DNA of 64,000 nucleotides from Neovahlkampfia damariscottae (taxonomy: Eukaryota): positions 1-64,000 of the forward strand of contig JABLTG010000120.1 of NCBI GenBank assembly GCA_016618085.1, given 5' to 3'. Positions 38,399 to 49,887 of this stretch are shown piece after piece. Made by a program: the position numbers and the translations under genes. The notes under the pieces are model-generated. The model did no database searches and was not told the DNA's origin. It saw nothing but the letters and a program-made list of their open reading frames with translations. The stretch's first letter is position 1; the number at the start of each line of letters is the position of its first letter.

Positions 38399-39700
38399 AT
38401 GGAAAGAAACAAAGACGAGAATTACTATGGCGACTTTACGGCCAAAAGTTTATTCACTATTCCAACAAAAAAGCATTCAAGAAGTAGAAGTCAAATTATA
38501 ACAAGACCAAGTTCAAATATGCAAAGAAAAAGAAGTTCAACTGAAATGCGACTTCAAAACGGAAGTTTAACAGAAGAACAGGAATCACCAAAATCAGAAC
38601 AAGAAGAAGAAATTTCACCACGTTCTGATGGTGGTTATTTTTCATCAGGAAGTTTGAAAGAGATTCATCAAAAATTTCTTCAACGAGTTGGCACTATAAA
38701 CTTAGAAGAACAACAATTAGATGTAAAATTACCAAATTCTATCAAAATTAATTCAAAAAACAATCCAGAGTTGAAAATAGCAATTTGTACCTTCAATGTT
38801 GCTGAAGCTTATTCGGATACAATTGGACCATGGATTGCATCTCATAAAGCTGATATTTATGCAATTGGTTTACAGGAAATTGACATGTCACCAAAAGCTT
38901 TTGTTAAAAAATCACAAGCAATTGAAAATTGGGATGAACATTTCAAGAAATCATTTGAATTTCAAAACTTCAAAGATTATAAAAAAGTAGTTTCTGAACA
39001 GTTTGTAGGAATGTATCATTGTATTTTTATACATAAAGATCATTACAAATTTTTATCAAACGGTTATTGGTCAAAAATTGGTCTTGGAGTTTTAGGTTTT
39101 GGGAACAAGGTAAAATATATTTTTTTGTTTTAAATATTTAAATAGGGTTGTATTGCATATAGGTTCAATTTATACCACCATTCTTTTTGTTTTATCAATT
39201 CACATTTTGTTAGCTCTAAATCAAAAGTGAATGAAAGAAATCAAAATCATGATGACATTTTAACAGATGATGTATTTTCAAACTTGAATTATCGACCATT
39301 ATTACATGATTTTTTATTCTTTTACGGCGATTTAAATTATCGTGTCAATTTATCGCGTGATGACGTCTTCAAAAACATGAAAGAAGGGAATATCAAAAAT
39401 TTATTAAAAAAAGATCAATTAAACATTGAAAAAGAAAAGAAAAAGATTTTTAATGGATTTCAAGAAGGAGAGATCACTTTTCTACCAACTTTTAAATTCA
39501 ACAAAAATAGTGGAAAATATGATTCAAGTAAAAAACAGAGAGTACCTTCATACTGTGATAGAATTTTGGTGAAAAGTAAAGAGAAAGGAAGTGTTGAAAT
39601 AGAGTCTTATGAATCAAAAAAAGATGAATTTACTTCAGATCACCGTCCAGTTCTATCTTTGATGAAAGTTGAATTGAATTTTTATTTCAAAAGTAAATGA
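38399..39700 (+). CDS. Inositol polyphosphate 5-phosphatase (paralog 2), intron 39110-39145
   Basis: IGLQE, GNK|G, GDLNYR, PSYCDRIL and SDHRPV. Confidence 0.95.
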
Positions 39701-39889
39701 ATCCTTTGAATCAAGCAACAATGAAAAGATTGTCCAAAATTGACAAAAGTTTTTCTTATAATTAAAATGGTAGATTTATGATTGCCATTTTTGAAACGGT
39801 AGAATTTCTATCACCAAATTTGGTGTTAAATGAACTGTTGTTTCGATTTGGTTGGTCAAATTGGTAAATAAAACTAAACCGACAAGAAA

Positions 39890-41170
39890 ATGCAAATCAA
39901 ACGTACAAGCAAGAAGAAAAATTTATGTACTATTGATTCAAAGTTTACATTTGGGGCACCTACGTCTGTATCACCTTCAACATCAAGTTTTGATTTTGAC
40001 AGTTTACCAAAGCAAGAAACACGGTCAAAGAGTATTGACCATATTAAAACTGGATTCAAAAACGAACTCCACCACCATGAAAAGAGAGGATCTATCCCTG
40101 AAACTGCTCAAACTCTTCTGGATATTCTCCGTGATTACTCAGAGTTGGAAGATGACAACATTGGTTCTCCAAACACAATAAAATGGAATCATAAGATGTT
40201 ACTTCACAGATCAGGATCCATTTCTTTGGAAAAGCAATCACTCAGCACAAAGTTGGACAATTTTTCTTCTGTAGTCAATTCAAACAACAACAAAGAACTT
40301 TCAGTTGTTATATGTACATTTAATGTTGCAGAAGGAACCTCTGAGTCAATAGGACCTTGGGTTGCTTCCCATGATGCTGATATTTACGCAATTGGTCTTC
40401 AAGAAGTGGACATGTCAGCAAAAGCTTTTATATCTTCAACTACAATAAAAAATTGGGATGATCATTTTACAAAGTCATTTGAATCACAATACTTTAAAGG
40501 ATATAAAAAAGTTGCTTCTGAACAATTTGTTGGTATGTATCATGCTATTTACATCCATAAAGAACATTACAAAAATTTATCAAATGTTTATTGGTCAAAA
40601 TTAGGAGTTGGTGCATTAGGAATGGGAAATAAAGGAGCTATTGGATTCAGATTTGATTTACATAGTCTCTCGTTTTGTTTTATTAACTCACATTTTGTTT
40701 GTTCACAATCAAAAGTGTTAGAACGAAATCAAAATTATGAACAGATTTTGAATGATGATTTATTTTCAAATTTAAATTTTAAACCTACAGGACATGATTA
40801 TTTATTCTTTTTTGGTGATTTTAATTATCGAATTAATTTGAATCGACATCAAACTTTCAAAAATATTGAAGATGGAAATATTAAAAATTTATTAAAGAAT
40901 GATCAATTAAACATTGAAAAAGAAAAAAAAAAAATATTTATTGGATTTGAAGAGGGAGTGATAAAATTCCCACCAACTTATAAATTTAATAAAAACAGCA
41001 AAGAATATGATACCAGTAAAAAACAGAGAATACCTTCCTATTGTGATAGAATTTTGGTGAGATCAATCCATAGGAAAGTTGATATTTCATCTTATAAAGC
41101 AAAAATGAATGAATTAACTTCAGATCATCGTCCAGTTTTAGCTTTAATGAAACTCAATTCAAATTTATAA
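39890..41170 (+). CDS. Inositol polyphosphate 5-phosphatase (paralog 3, tandem, intronless)
   Basis: Same motif set in one uninterrupted ORF. Confidence 0.95.
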   Translation: MQIKRTSKKKNLCTIDSKFTFGAPTSVSPSTSSFDFDSLPKQETRSKSIDHIKTGFKNELHHHEKRGSIPETAQTLLDILRDYSELEDDNIGSPNTIKWNHKMLLHRSGSISLEKQSLSTKLDNFSSVVNSNNNKELSVVICTFNVAEGTSESIGPWVASHDADIYAIGLQEVDMSAKAFISSTTIKNWDDHFTKSFESQYFKGYKKVASEQFVGMYHAIYIHKEHYKNLSNVYWSKLGVGALGMGNKGAIGFRFDLHSLSFCFINSHFVCSQSKVLERNQNYEQILNDDLFSNLNFKPTGHDYLFFFGDFNYRINLNRHQTFKNIEDGNIKNLLKNDQLNIEKEKKKIFIGFEEGVIKFPPTYKFNKNSKEYDTSKKQRIPSYCDRILVRSIHRKVDISSYKAKMNELTSDHRPVLALMKLNSNL

Positions 41171-41253
41171 ATTTTTCATTTTCTACAAGTTGCAAGTCAA
41201 GTTAGATGACCAATCACCTCATTTTTCAATTCTAATTGGTCAAAGAATCAGTC

Positions 41254-42165
41254 ATGTTTAAACTGTTAATTTTCTGTTTACTCTTTGCTCTTTATTTCTC
41301 AGTACCACAAACATGTATTGATGGAGGTGTTGTAACACTTGAAGAAGAACAAGATTTAGGTTTCAGTTTCAGATCTTCTTTTAGAAAATTTGCTTCAAAA
41401 ATAAAAAAAGTTGTGTCACATAAAACCTCTAAAAAACGTCCTCAACCACACAATAAACAACACATACAAAGAAACAAAAAAAAATCTTCAAAGAAAACAC
41501 CACCACCACCTAGAAAAAGAAACAACAAAAAAAATAACACACAAAAGGAACATTCAAGCCCAAAATCAAAATACAAATGTGATCCAAAAACAACATGTCG
41601 TTATAACTGCCGTTGTGGGGGTCAAGCTATCTATTTGAATTTGTTCACTTGGTCATCTTGGAATTCTCCTCAAGTCAAATCTACTTGGAACTCACTTTGT
41701 TCAGGAAAACAATCAGCTCATGAATACATTGACCAACTTAAAAGAGACCCAAGTTTTTCTAATTTATCATGGCTCAAAAGTTTAGCTCCTGTTTTCAAAT
41801 ATGTCATTGATAGATATGAAAGATTATGTAGAGGCGGAAAACCATTGTCACCAGAAGATTATCAGAAATTGTATCAATATTTCATGCAAAACGCCCGTTC
41901 TAAAGTCAAAAGAAGTGTTACAAGACAACATGGAGAATCAGATGATTTTGGACCTGCTTTTGAGTTTCAACTTGATGAACATTTGATGAGAGTTTTCACA
42001 GCACTTTTACAAAAATTAAGAAGTCATAACTTTGAACATTGTGATTGTAAAACATTCTTTAGAGCACTTGGATACAACACAAAACATCCTCAATATCAAG
42101 GATTAGAAAGAGCTTGCAGAAAGAAATGTTCAGCCAATACTTTGACTTTAGAATTTGAAAATTAA
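41254..42165 (+). CDS. Secreted Cys-rich protein with cationic N-terminal region
   Basis: Signal peptide, acidic spacer, K/R-rich segment, then a helical domain with about 10 Cys. Confidence 0.75.
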   Translation: MFKLLIFCLLFALYFSVPQTCIDGGVVTLEEEQDLGFSFRSSFRKFASKIKKVVSHKTSKKRPQPHNKQHIQRNKKKSSKKTPPPPRKRNNKKNNTQKEHSSPKSKYKCDPKTTCRYNCRCGGQAIYLNLFTWSSWNSPQVKSTWNSLCSGKQSAHEYIDQLKRDPSFSNLSWLKSLAPVFKYVIDRYERLCRGGKPLSPEDYQKLYQYFMQNARSKVKRSVTRQHGESDDFGPAFEFQLDEHLMRVFTALLQKLRSHNFEHCDCKTFFRALGYNTKHPQYQGLERACRKKCSANTLTLEFEN

Positions 42166-42169
42166 ATTT

Positions 42170-42544
42170 TTAATCATTTTTCAATAATGTTATTTCTTCT
42201 TCTTTTGGTGGTTGATTTGTGTTGGATTTGTTTTCTTTTGGTACAAATAAGTTAATTTGTTTTGAGTCTTTTCCTAAAACATCAATGTATTTATTTCGTT
42301 GTTCAACTCCTATATTGAAATTATCCAGGTTTGAATTAGTTGGTATTGGTGGTGGTGCTGTTTTCTCTGATAATTGTTGGATTTCTTGTGGAATTCCATT
42401 GATTATTTTTTTCCATTGTTTTGTATCATGGTCATAAGTAAAGGAGTCATTTAGAGGTTTTATTTTTTGGAATTGGTCTATTTCTTCAGCTGTTTCACAA
42501 CCACAAACTTTTGTCAACTTCAATATCAACTGTTGAAAATTCAT
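42170..42544 (-). CDS. Hypothetical protein
   Basis: ATG directly after a CCAAT box; Pro-rich; no recognisable motif. Confidence 0.5.
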   Translation of the reverse strand: MNFQQLILKLTKVCGCETAEEIDQFQKIKPLNDSFTYDHDTKQWKKIINGIPQEIQQLSEKTAPPPIPTNSNLDNFNIGVEQRNKYIDVLGKDSKQINLFVPKENKSNTNQPPKEEEITLLKND

Positions 42545-42602
42545 TTCATTGGACAATAAAAATAAAAACTCAACGTTTACAATTAAATTTTTTACTTTAC
42601 AA

Positions 42603-43553
42603 TTATTCAATTTGAAATGTGAAAAATTTGTTGGAAATTGTTCTGTCAACTTCTCCACCATAGAAATAGATTAACTGTTCAAAATAAATTGATGTGTGAT
42701 TTGACAAAGTGATATTTGATTTTTTGGTGATTTCATCACATTTAATTTTTGTATTTTCATCAAATAAGGTGATAATATGAGAATCTTTCAAAAAAATATC
42801 TTTCCCATTTTTGAAATAATTCCCACCATAAATCAACATTTGATTGGAATTGATGACGGTGCACGAATGTCTATTTCGAGGTGATATTGAATTGATAACA
42901 ATCTTGAGCCACTTTTTATCCAATAAATTCAATATGTTTAAGTCATTAAAATAGAATTCTCCTCTATTTTTCATGTAGAATCCTCCAAAGACTATCAATG
43001 AATCCTTCATGATTTTTGAAGAATGCCATGATCTTCCTTCTGGTACATCATCATATGTAGAAACTAATTTCCATTTATTTGTTTCAAAATTATACTCATG
43101 CAAGTCATTGAAGAATGTTCTTCTGGAAGGCTTTGAATCAAATAAAGTTAAGTGACCACCAAAAATCAACATGGTATTTTTGTAAATATTAGATGTATGT
43201 GCATGTCTTGGTTTTGGTAAATCATCACAATTCATGTTCTCCCATTCAAGTTTTTCTAAGTCAAATTTGTAAAATCCTTTCGAATATCCTTTGTATCCAG
43301 AACCTCCAAAAATAAAAAAACAATTTTTATACACGGAACAAGAGTGATTATGTAAAGGCTCTGGTGAATTTTTTGATTCAATTTCTTTCCAAATATTTTT
43401 TTCTGGAGAGAACACAAAAAGTGAATTTGAATAGCTTCTTTTTTCATTTGATTTATTTGGAATTCTTCCTCCAAATAGATAAAAATTCTTTTTGTATTCA
43501 ATAAAAGTGTGTCCTTGAACTTTAATCGGTCCACTGTGCAATTCTTTTCTCAT
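42603..43553 (-). CDS. Kelch-repeat beta-propeller protein
   Basis: Repeated H...FGG units (PRHAHTS, GRSWHSS, PRNRHSC). Confidence 0.92.
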   Translation of the reverse strand: MRKELHSGPIKVQGHTFIEYKKNFYLFGGRIPNKSNEKRSYSNSLFVFSPEKNIWKEIESKNSPEPLHNHSCSVYKNCFFIFGGSGYKGYSKGFYKFDLEKLEWENMNCDDLPKPRHAHTSNIYKNTMLIFGGHLTLFDSKPSRRTFFNDLHEYNFETNKWKLVSTYDDVPEGRSWHSSKIMKDSLIVFGGFYMKNRGEFYFNDLNILNLLDKKWLKIVINSISPRNRHSCTVINSNQMLIYGGNYFKNGKDIFLKDSHIITLFDENTKIKCDEITKKSNITLSNHTSIYFEQLIYFYGGEVDRTISNKFFTFQIE

Positions 43554-43727
43554 CAAAATTGAGGAATTTTGATTGGACATGAAAACTCTCACCGATTTAA
43601 AAATATTAATTCTCCAATCTACGTTTGATTTCCAATTTTTGATTTTTTTCTAGCACAATTAAAAAGAACATACTTCTGAAACTGACCAATAATTTTCTTT
43701 TCCTCTCACATTTTTTCATCACACTTG

Positions 43728-44435
43728 ATGACAAAGAAGAAAATATTTTTTTTTTTATTTCAACAAGTGGATGACATTGAATTCCAACCACTGAATAATT
43801 TTAATAAAATCGCAAAAAAAGGTTTAAACTCAATTGTAAAATTTAGAAAAACAAAAAATCATTTGGTGGAAGAATATCTGCAAGTTTTTGGCATTTCAGA
43901 ACCTAAAGAAGTCTGGAATTTCCATAAAGACATGAAAATTTCTGTTGTATCAAATTCAAATTCAGAGGAATTGAGACTTGTACATTTAAAAAAATTTACG
44001 ACTTCAACCTATAAAACATCAGAAGAAATCTATTCAATCATTGAACAAAATGATTCAGATCTTTTAGTATTTCAAGTGAACTGCCTTGAATCAAATGAAA
44101 TACTTGAGAAGTTCAATGAAGTTTTTGGAAAAATAAAAGAAAATGTTTGGATGAATATTTTGATGACCTTTAAGAATGAAATCGATGTTCCTCATAAAAA
44201 ATTTGAATTTGAGCAATCATTCATGAGAAAAAACGGAAAATTGATTGAAAATTTATCACAAAAAAAAATTGGAATTCATTGTAGTTATTTTGGTGATTTA
44301 ACAAGAGTTGATAGCAATGAAATATTTGATATAAAGAGTATTGTGGAGAACAATGGAAATGGAACTTTACTTGTCGATCATTTATTAATAGAATTATCTT
44401 TTCGACTTGATTTTAAAGCAAAATATGGAGCTTGA
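43728..44435 (+). CDS. Hypothetical protein; 5' structure uncertain
   Basis: Open frame of about 235 aa with coding-like composition and no recognised motif. Confidence 0.5.
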   Translation: MTKKKIFFFLFQQVDDIEFQPLNNFNKIAKKGLNSIVKFRKTKNHLVEEYLQVFGISEPKEVWNFHKDMKISVVSNSNSEELRLVHLKKFTTSTYKTSEEIYSIIEQNDSDLLVFQVNCLESNEILEKFNEVFGKIKENVWMNILMTFKNEIDVPHKKFEFEQSFMRKNGKLIENLSQKKIGIHCSYFGDLTRVDSNEIFDIKSIVENNGNGTLLVDHLLIELSFRLDFKAKYGA

Positions 44436-45015
44436 TTTAAATGTTTATTAAATAAAATAATTCATTCTGAACAATGAAAAATAGGAAACTTGATTTGCCT
44501 TCAATCCTTCACTATAAAATTCCTTTTGTGAATAATTTGTGGTGTTAAATTGAAAATGATATATTGTTTTAAAAGACCCTTTTTTGGTTGTAATTTCATT
44601 TGAAGTGAATTCTAATTGTACAAGAACATAAATGAGCATAAATAATTTTTCTGCTTATTTTTTTTTCACAACACATTGAGGAAAACTATTAATCCCTAGC
44701 CATCCTTGATTTTTTTGTCAATTTTTTTTTTTTACCTGATGAACCATATTTTTCAATTACTTATATGAAATATTGTTATTTCGTAATTCAACAACTTTGT
44801 GCATGTTTTTGAGCAACAACAATTCTTTGTCCACTCAAAGGACAAAATAAAGTCATCTAAAATTTGGTCATTGACCAACTACTAACAACTGTTCAAAACA
44901 TTTTTTACTGAAAATAATTCCATTGTTTTTTCTGGTCAAAATTTGTAAATGGTTCTAAATCAATTTCATTGGATAAATCTTCCTCAGTAGAAAAAAAAAA
45001 CGGTTGTTAAACATC

Positions 45016-46167
45016 ATGACTGAGTATGAAGAAAACATGCATGATATACATGAATCTGAAGGAAATAAACCATTGCACATGATAAAACGAAAAATACAAC
45101 AACTTTGGTTTCCAGTTTTTTCTGCTTTGGTTGTATTTGGAATTTGTTCCATAATTATAGTTATAACACTTCTAACTTACAGACCTTTAACACCTCAAGC
45201 ACAATATAATATTGCCATTCTTGGAGCATGGGTAAGTTTTAAAAAAAAAAAAAAAAATTAACTGAGCATTTCTACAGGGAACAGGAAATTCAAAACAACA
45301 AACAGTTGCTAAATTATTAAATTCAACAGATCCACTTGATTTTATTATTTCTACAGGAGACAATTTCTTTCCAAATGGCATCAAAAACACAACAGATAGT
45401 TTAATTTCCACTTTATGGAATCAAGTATACAATGGAGCACCACCATTAAGTTTAGTACCTTGGTATCTTGTATTAGGACCTATAGATTGGAGAATAAACC
45501 CATCTGCTCAAACAAAAATTCCACTTGAAAATTGGAATATGCCTGGTTATTTTTTCACACAAGACAGAATTTTTATTGGTGGCGAAAGAGCACAATTTAT
45601 TTTTATAGATACAACAAGATTTAGTGATCAAGATAGAATTGATTATCCTGATACTGTTGGAAAACAATCAAAAGAAGATATAATAAACGCATTAGAAGCA
45701 CTTCTTTCAAGATATCAGACACAATATCGTTGGAGATTTGTTGTTGGCCATCATAACATGTATGGAAGTGGTCCAAGTGGAGATTGGGTAATATAAAAAA
45801 AAAAAATAATTTTTTTTTTTAGGGTCACAAAAACATGACACAAATCGAAGATTTGTTCAAAAAATACGATGTTGATGGTTATTTCTCTGGACAAGATGGT
45901 GTTTTACAAGTACTTGAAGACAGATTTCCAGCGAATAATAGAAGTTTAAGTTATTTCGTTTCTGGAGCAGGAGGTGATTTTTTTAATGGAAATCTTACAG
46001 CAAATCCAAAGAATATTTTTGTTAAAGAACCAAAACAAGAAGGTTTCTTATTACAAACATTAACAGTAAACGAATTGAAAACAAAAGTCATTGGAAGAGA
46101 TGGAAGTGTTGCTTTTGAATACAATTGTGTCAAAACAAGTAATATTGGTGTTTCACAATGTGGTTAA
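45016..46167 (+). CDS. Type II membrane purple-acid-phosphatase (TRAP)-like metallophosphoesterase with degenerate active site, 2 introns
   Basis: TM anchor; ISTGDNF, PWYLVLG, FIDT, VVGHH, YFSG and YFVSGAGG. Confidence 0.85.
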
Positions 46168-46178
46168 CAAAATAAATT

Positions 46179-49100
46179 TTATTCAGTTTTTTGACTTCTT
46201 CCTTTCGCAATTGGCATTTTACGTGTTGATTCTTCAATTTCATCTTTGTAAATATGTGGTGCTATTTCAATCAACCATTTTGGATCAATTTCAATTACTT
46301 GTCTCATAAATTCTTTACTTGTAAATGCTAATTGATAGTAAATAACCCACTTTGGTAGTAATTCAAATAATGCTGAATTTGGATGCATATTAACAGTTTG
46401 TGGTTTATGATAAGTTTTGTATTGTCCACTTTTTTGTAAAATTGCAGTGTTGTAAAAAAAACCAGCTGTTATTGCTTTTCTGATTTTGACATCATCCATT
46501 GGTGAGGATTGTAATTGAACTTCAACTCTTTCCATTAAACCAATCAATTGATCTCTAATATCTTTTGCTCTTTTCATTGATTTTGGTTGAATGAAATTCT
46601 GATTACACCAATTAGTACTATAATCCATTGATGACCATTCATTGTAAATATGCATTAATGTTAAATGATCACCACCTGGTTGAAATAAATTTTTTCTTGC
46701 ATTGTCTGCATGGACAGCTTTATCTTTTGGACGAAAAAAAATAGCATTATTGACTGATAACATTGCACAAATAGTTGCAATTTCTTCTGAGCATTCATAT
46801 TTTTCGGATGCCAATAACATTTTTGATAACATTGGATCAATTGGAAGTTCAGCCATTCTTCTCCCTAATTTTGTTAATTCACCTTTATCATTCAAAGCAC
46901 CCAAAGCATATAAATGTTCAAGAGCTGCAATTAAAGTTTCAACTGGTGGAGGATCCATGAAATCAAAATTTATCAAATCATTAATACCTAAACTTTTTAG
47001 CATTAGAACGACATTGGCTAAATTTGTTCTTTGAATTTCTGGAACAAAATTTTCTTCCAATTCATTTTGATATGACCAAGATGTATATAATCTAAAACAT
47101 TTTCCAGCTTGAGTTCTTCCACTACGACCTGATCTTTGATTCGCTGCTGCTTTTGAAATTGGAACAACAACTAAACTTTCCATTCCAGTTCTTGGATTGT
47201 AAGATGTTTGTTTACAATATCCACAATCTATGACATAAATGATGTCAGGAATAGTTAGAGATGTCTCTGCGATGTTTGTGGCCAATACAACTTTTCTTGC
47301 TCCTTTTGGTGTTTTTTCAAATATCTTAACTTGCATATCAGATGGTAATGTTGAGTAAATTGGACAAATTCTCAATTCCTTCATTTTACTTCCAGCTCCT
47401 TTTGTTTTTTCAATAAGCATTTCTTCAGCTGTTTCAATTTCTTCTTGACCTGTCAAAAAAACTAAAATGTCACCATCTGGTTGTGTCATGTGTGTGTGAA
47501 GCACTGTAACAACTGCAGCTTCAAGATAATTTGATTCTGGAGCTTTTGTATACAAAATATCAACTGGAAACTTTCTACCAGGAACATAATAAGTTGGTGC
47601 TTGATCAAAATAATCAGACATTTTCTTTGCTTCTAAAGTGGCACTTGCAATGATAATTTTAATATCTGGACGAAATCTAGCTACATCTTTGACTAAACCA
47701 AATAATATATCAGTATGTAACGATCTTTCATGTGCTTCATCAATTATAATGACACTATAACTTGCCATATCAGGTTCACCTAAAAATTCACGAAGCATCA
47801 TACCATCAGTCATAAATTTAATTACAGTTTTATCAGTTGTACAATCTTCAAATCTAATTGAATAACCAACTTCATTCCCTAATTTGACGCTTGCTTCTTT
47901 TGCAACTCTAGCAGCAACAGACATAGCAGCTACACGTCTAGGTTGTGTACAACCAATTTTCTTTCCATTTTTACAATAACCTGCATCTCTTAGGTATTGT
48001 ACGACCTGAGTACTCTTACCAGAACCTGTTTCACCAACAAGTATCAAAATTTGATATTCATGAATCGCTTGCAATAAAGTTTCTTTGTGTTCATAAATTG
48101 GCAACGTTTTACGGATTTCACTCAGAGACATTTCTGTTGATTGTTCTTTTTTCATTTGTAATGATGAATCAGGTATTTTATCACCTTTCATCGTTTCAGT
48201 TGCAACAAATTCAATTTCTGGGTCTAACACAAACTCATAATGCTTACCGTCTCTTTGAGCATTTTGGTTTTCAAAATAATTTAATTTTGAAGATTGAAGT
48301 TGAGTTTTTTCCCATTGTTGATTTTCAGAAACTCTTTCTTTTTCAACAAATTTTTTTTTCAAAACTGAAAATCGATCCTTTTGATTGGCTTTATTTAACT
48401 CTTCATCATAATATGATTGTGGCATTTCATACTTTTCTTTTGGTTCATTTTGTTCACTTTTAATTTTTTTTCGGACTGCCAATGCTTCTTCTTGTATCCT
48501 TAATCTTTGTTTTTGTTTTTCAGATAAATGTTTCATTTCTCTTAGTTCTTGAACTTCTTGTTCCAAGACTTCCATTTGAAATTGTTCTCTATCACCTAAA
48601 TATTTAAATCTTGAATCTAATCTCTTCTTTTCTAATGCTTCTTCTTTTGAATCTTTTGATCTCAAAATTTGTTGACGACTTTCTATTTCAGGATCTAATT
48701 TTTTTTTATTTTTTCCTTCGTTTTTATATTTATCCAACATTCTATTAGCGAATTCTTCCTTTTCTTTTTGGTCTAAAATTCTCTCTTGTTCTTTTAATTC
48801 TTCTTCAGTTAACACTTTCTGTTTTTTGCTTGTATTTTCATTTTGTTCAATTTCTTCAGTCTCTTCTGATTCTTCTTCTTTTTGTCTTAATTTTCTTTTT
48901 TTTTTCTTTTTTTTCTTTTCTTCTGAGTCTTCTTCTTCCATTGATATCAATTCAAAAGATTCATTTTTTCTTAATAAATCAACAGTTTCTCTTTCTCTAT
49001 CGTTTTTTATTTTTTTTGTTGTTTTTCTTGGTATCCTTGATAAAAGGTCCTCAGCAAAATTTCTAGTTTTTGAGTTATTTGGGATTGAAACAGTTTCTAA

Positions 49101-49244
49101 TTTTGTTATGAAAGTAGAAACGTCTTCTTCTGCAGACACATGATTTTTTGCAAGTGATATAATGTATTGTTCAATATTACTCTCTGAGTAACCTAGAATA
49201 TCATATAATTGATCAGCTACCCAACCAGTTAGTTTTGAACTCAT
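46179..49244 (-). CDS. DHX16: DEAH-box splicing helicase Prp2/DHX16
   Basis: [15 protein letters not shown]-terminus, [24 protein letters not shown] and HA2/OB region; intronless. Confidence 0.93.
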   Translation of the reverse strand: MSSKLTGWVADQLYDILGYSESNIEQYIISLAKNHVSAEEDVSTFITKLETVSIPNNSKTRNFAEDLLSRIPRKTTKKIKNDRERETVDLLRKNESFELISMEEEDSEEKKKKKKKRKLRQKEEESEETEEIEQNENTSKKQKVLTEEELKEQERILDQKEKEEFANRMLDKYKNEGKNKKKLDPEIESRQQILRSKDSKEEALEKKRLDSRFKYLGDREQFQMEVLEQEVQELREMKHLSEKQKQRLRIQEEALAVRKKIKSEQNEPKEKYEMPQSYYDEELNKANQKDRFSVLKKKFVEKERVSENQQWEKTQLQSSKLNYFENQNAQRDGKHYEFVLDPEIEFVATETMKGDKIPDSSLQMKKEQSTEMSLSEIRKTLPIYEHKETLLQAIHEYQILILVGETGSGKSTQVVQYLRDAGYCKNGKKIGCTQPRRVAAMSVAARVAKEASVKLGNEVGYSIRFEDCTTDKTVIKFMTDGMMLREFLGEPDMASYSVIIIDEAHERSLHTDILFGLVKDVARFRPDIKIIIASATLEAKKMSDYFDQAPTYYVPGRKFPVDILYTKAPESNYLEAAVVTVLHTHMTQPDGDILVFLTGQEEIETAEEMLIEKTKGAGSKMKELRICPIYSTLPSDMQVKIFEKTPKGARKVVLATNIAETSLTIPDIIYVIDCGYCKQTSYNPRTGMESLVVVPISKAAANQRSGRSGRTQAGKCFRLYTSWSYQNELEENFVPEIQRTNLANVVLMLKSLGINDLINFDFMDPPPVETLIAALEHLYALGALNDKGELTKLGRRMAELPIDPMLSKMLLASEKYECSEEIATICAMLSVNNAIFFRPKDKAVHADNARKNLFQPGGDHLTLMHIYNEWSSMDYSTNWCNQNFIQPKSMKRAKDIRDQLIGLMERVEVQLQSSPMDDVKIRKAITAGFFYNTAILQKSGQYKTYHKPQTVNMHPNSALFELLPKWVIYYQLAFTSKEFMRQVIEIDPKWLIEIAPHIYKDEIEESTRKMPIAKGRSQKTE

Positions 49245-49887
49245 TGAAAAAAATGATAATCTGATTGGTTGTTGTTTGTTCGTAAACTTTGATTGATTCA
49301 GTTTAAACTGTGAGTGAATAAAAAGTACAATATCTAGGCAATAGTTCAAGATGGAAAAAATCACAAAAACAATTAATACAACATAAAACTGATAAAAGGT
49401 TTGTTTGTGAAAATCTTTATATTTTATTAATTTTAAAGGCAATTTGTTCAGAGTAGAGTTCAAAACAGATAACTGTTTTGAGTTCACTAATAGCAATGTA
49501 GAATATAAAAGAAATGTGAACCAGAAGTAATGAAACGCGACTTAAAAAAACTCCAGTTGACTGGCTTCATCAACCACAAAACAGAAGGTCAAAATTCATC
49601 TCCGTTTTCGTATTTACTCAACAAGGACAAGAGAGCCATAGAAAACTCCGAAAAATTTGAAAAATTAAGAAATTTGTTGAGGTTTTGTCCTCAAAGTAGA
49701 TCCCGATAAATTTCTGACAACTCCAACGGAAAGAGGCATAAAAATATACTGAAAACCAAACTTCAAAAGTTCAAAATTAAACTATTTTTAATTTAAAATT
49801 GAACAATCAATTTGAATTTTCCCGTAAACTATAAATACCAACCAATCGGATTTTTTTCCTCCAACCAAAAAATTTTGAAGACATTAA

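Noticed and set aside
44448..44880. Short minus-strand ORF pieces with an intron-like segment near 44706-44735
   Set aside because: No consistent reading frame or recognisable domain; at most a gene relic.
49245..49496. Long N-terminal extension of DHX16 in the ORF track
   Set aside because: It starts at a non-ATG codon; the conserved N-terminus begins at ATG 49244 next to a CCAAT box.
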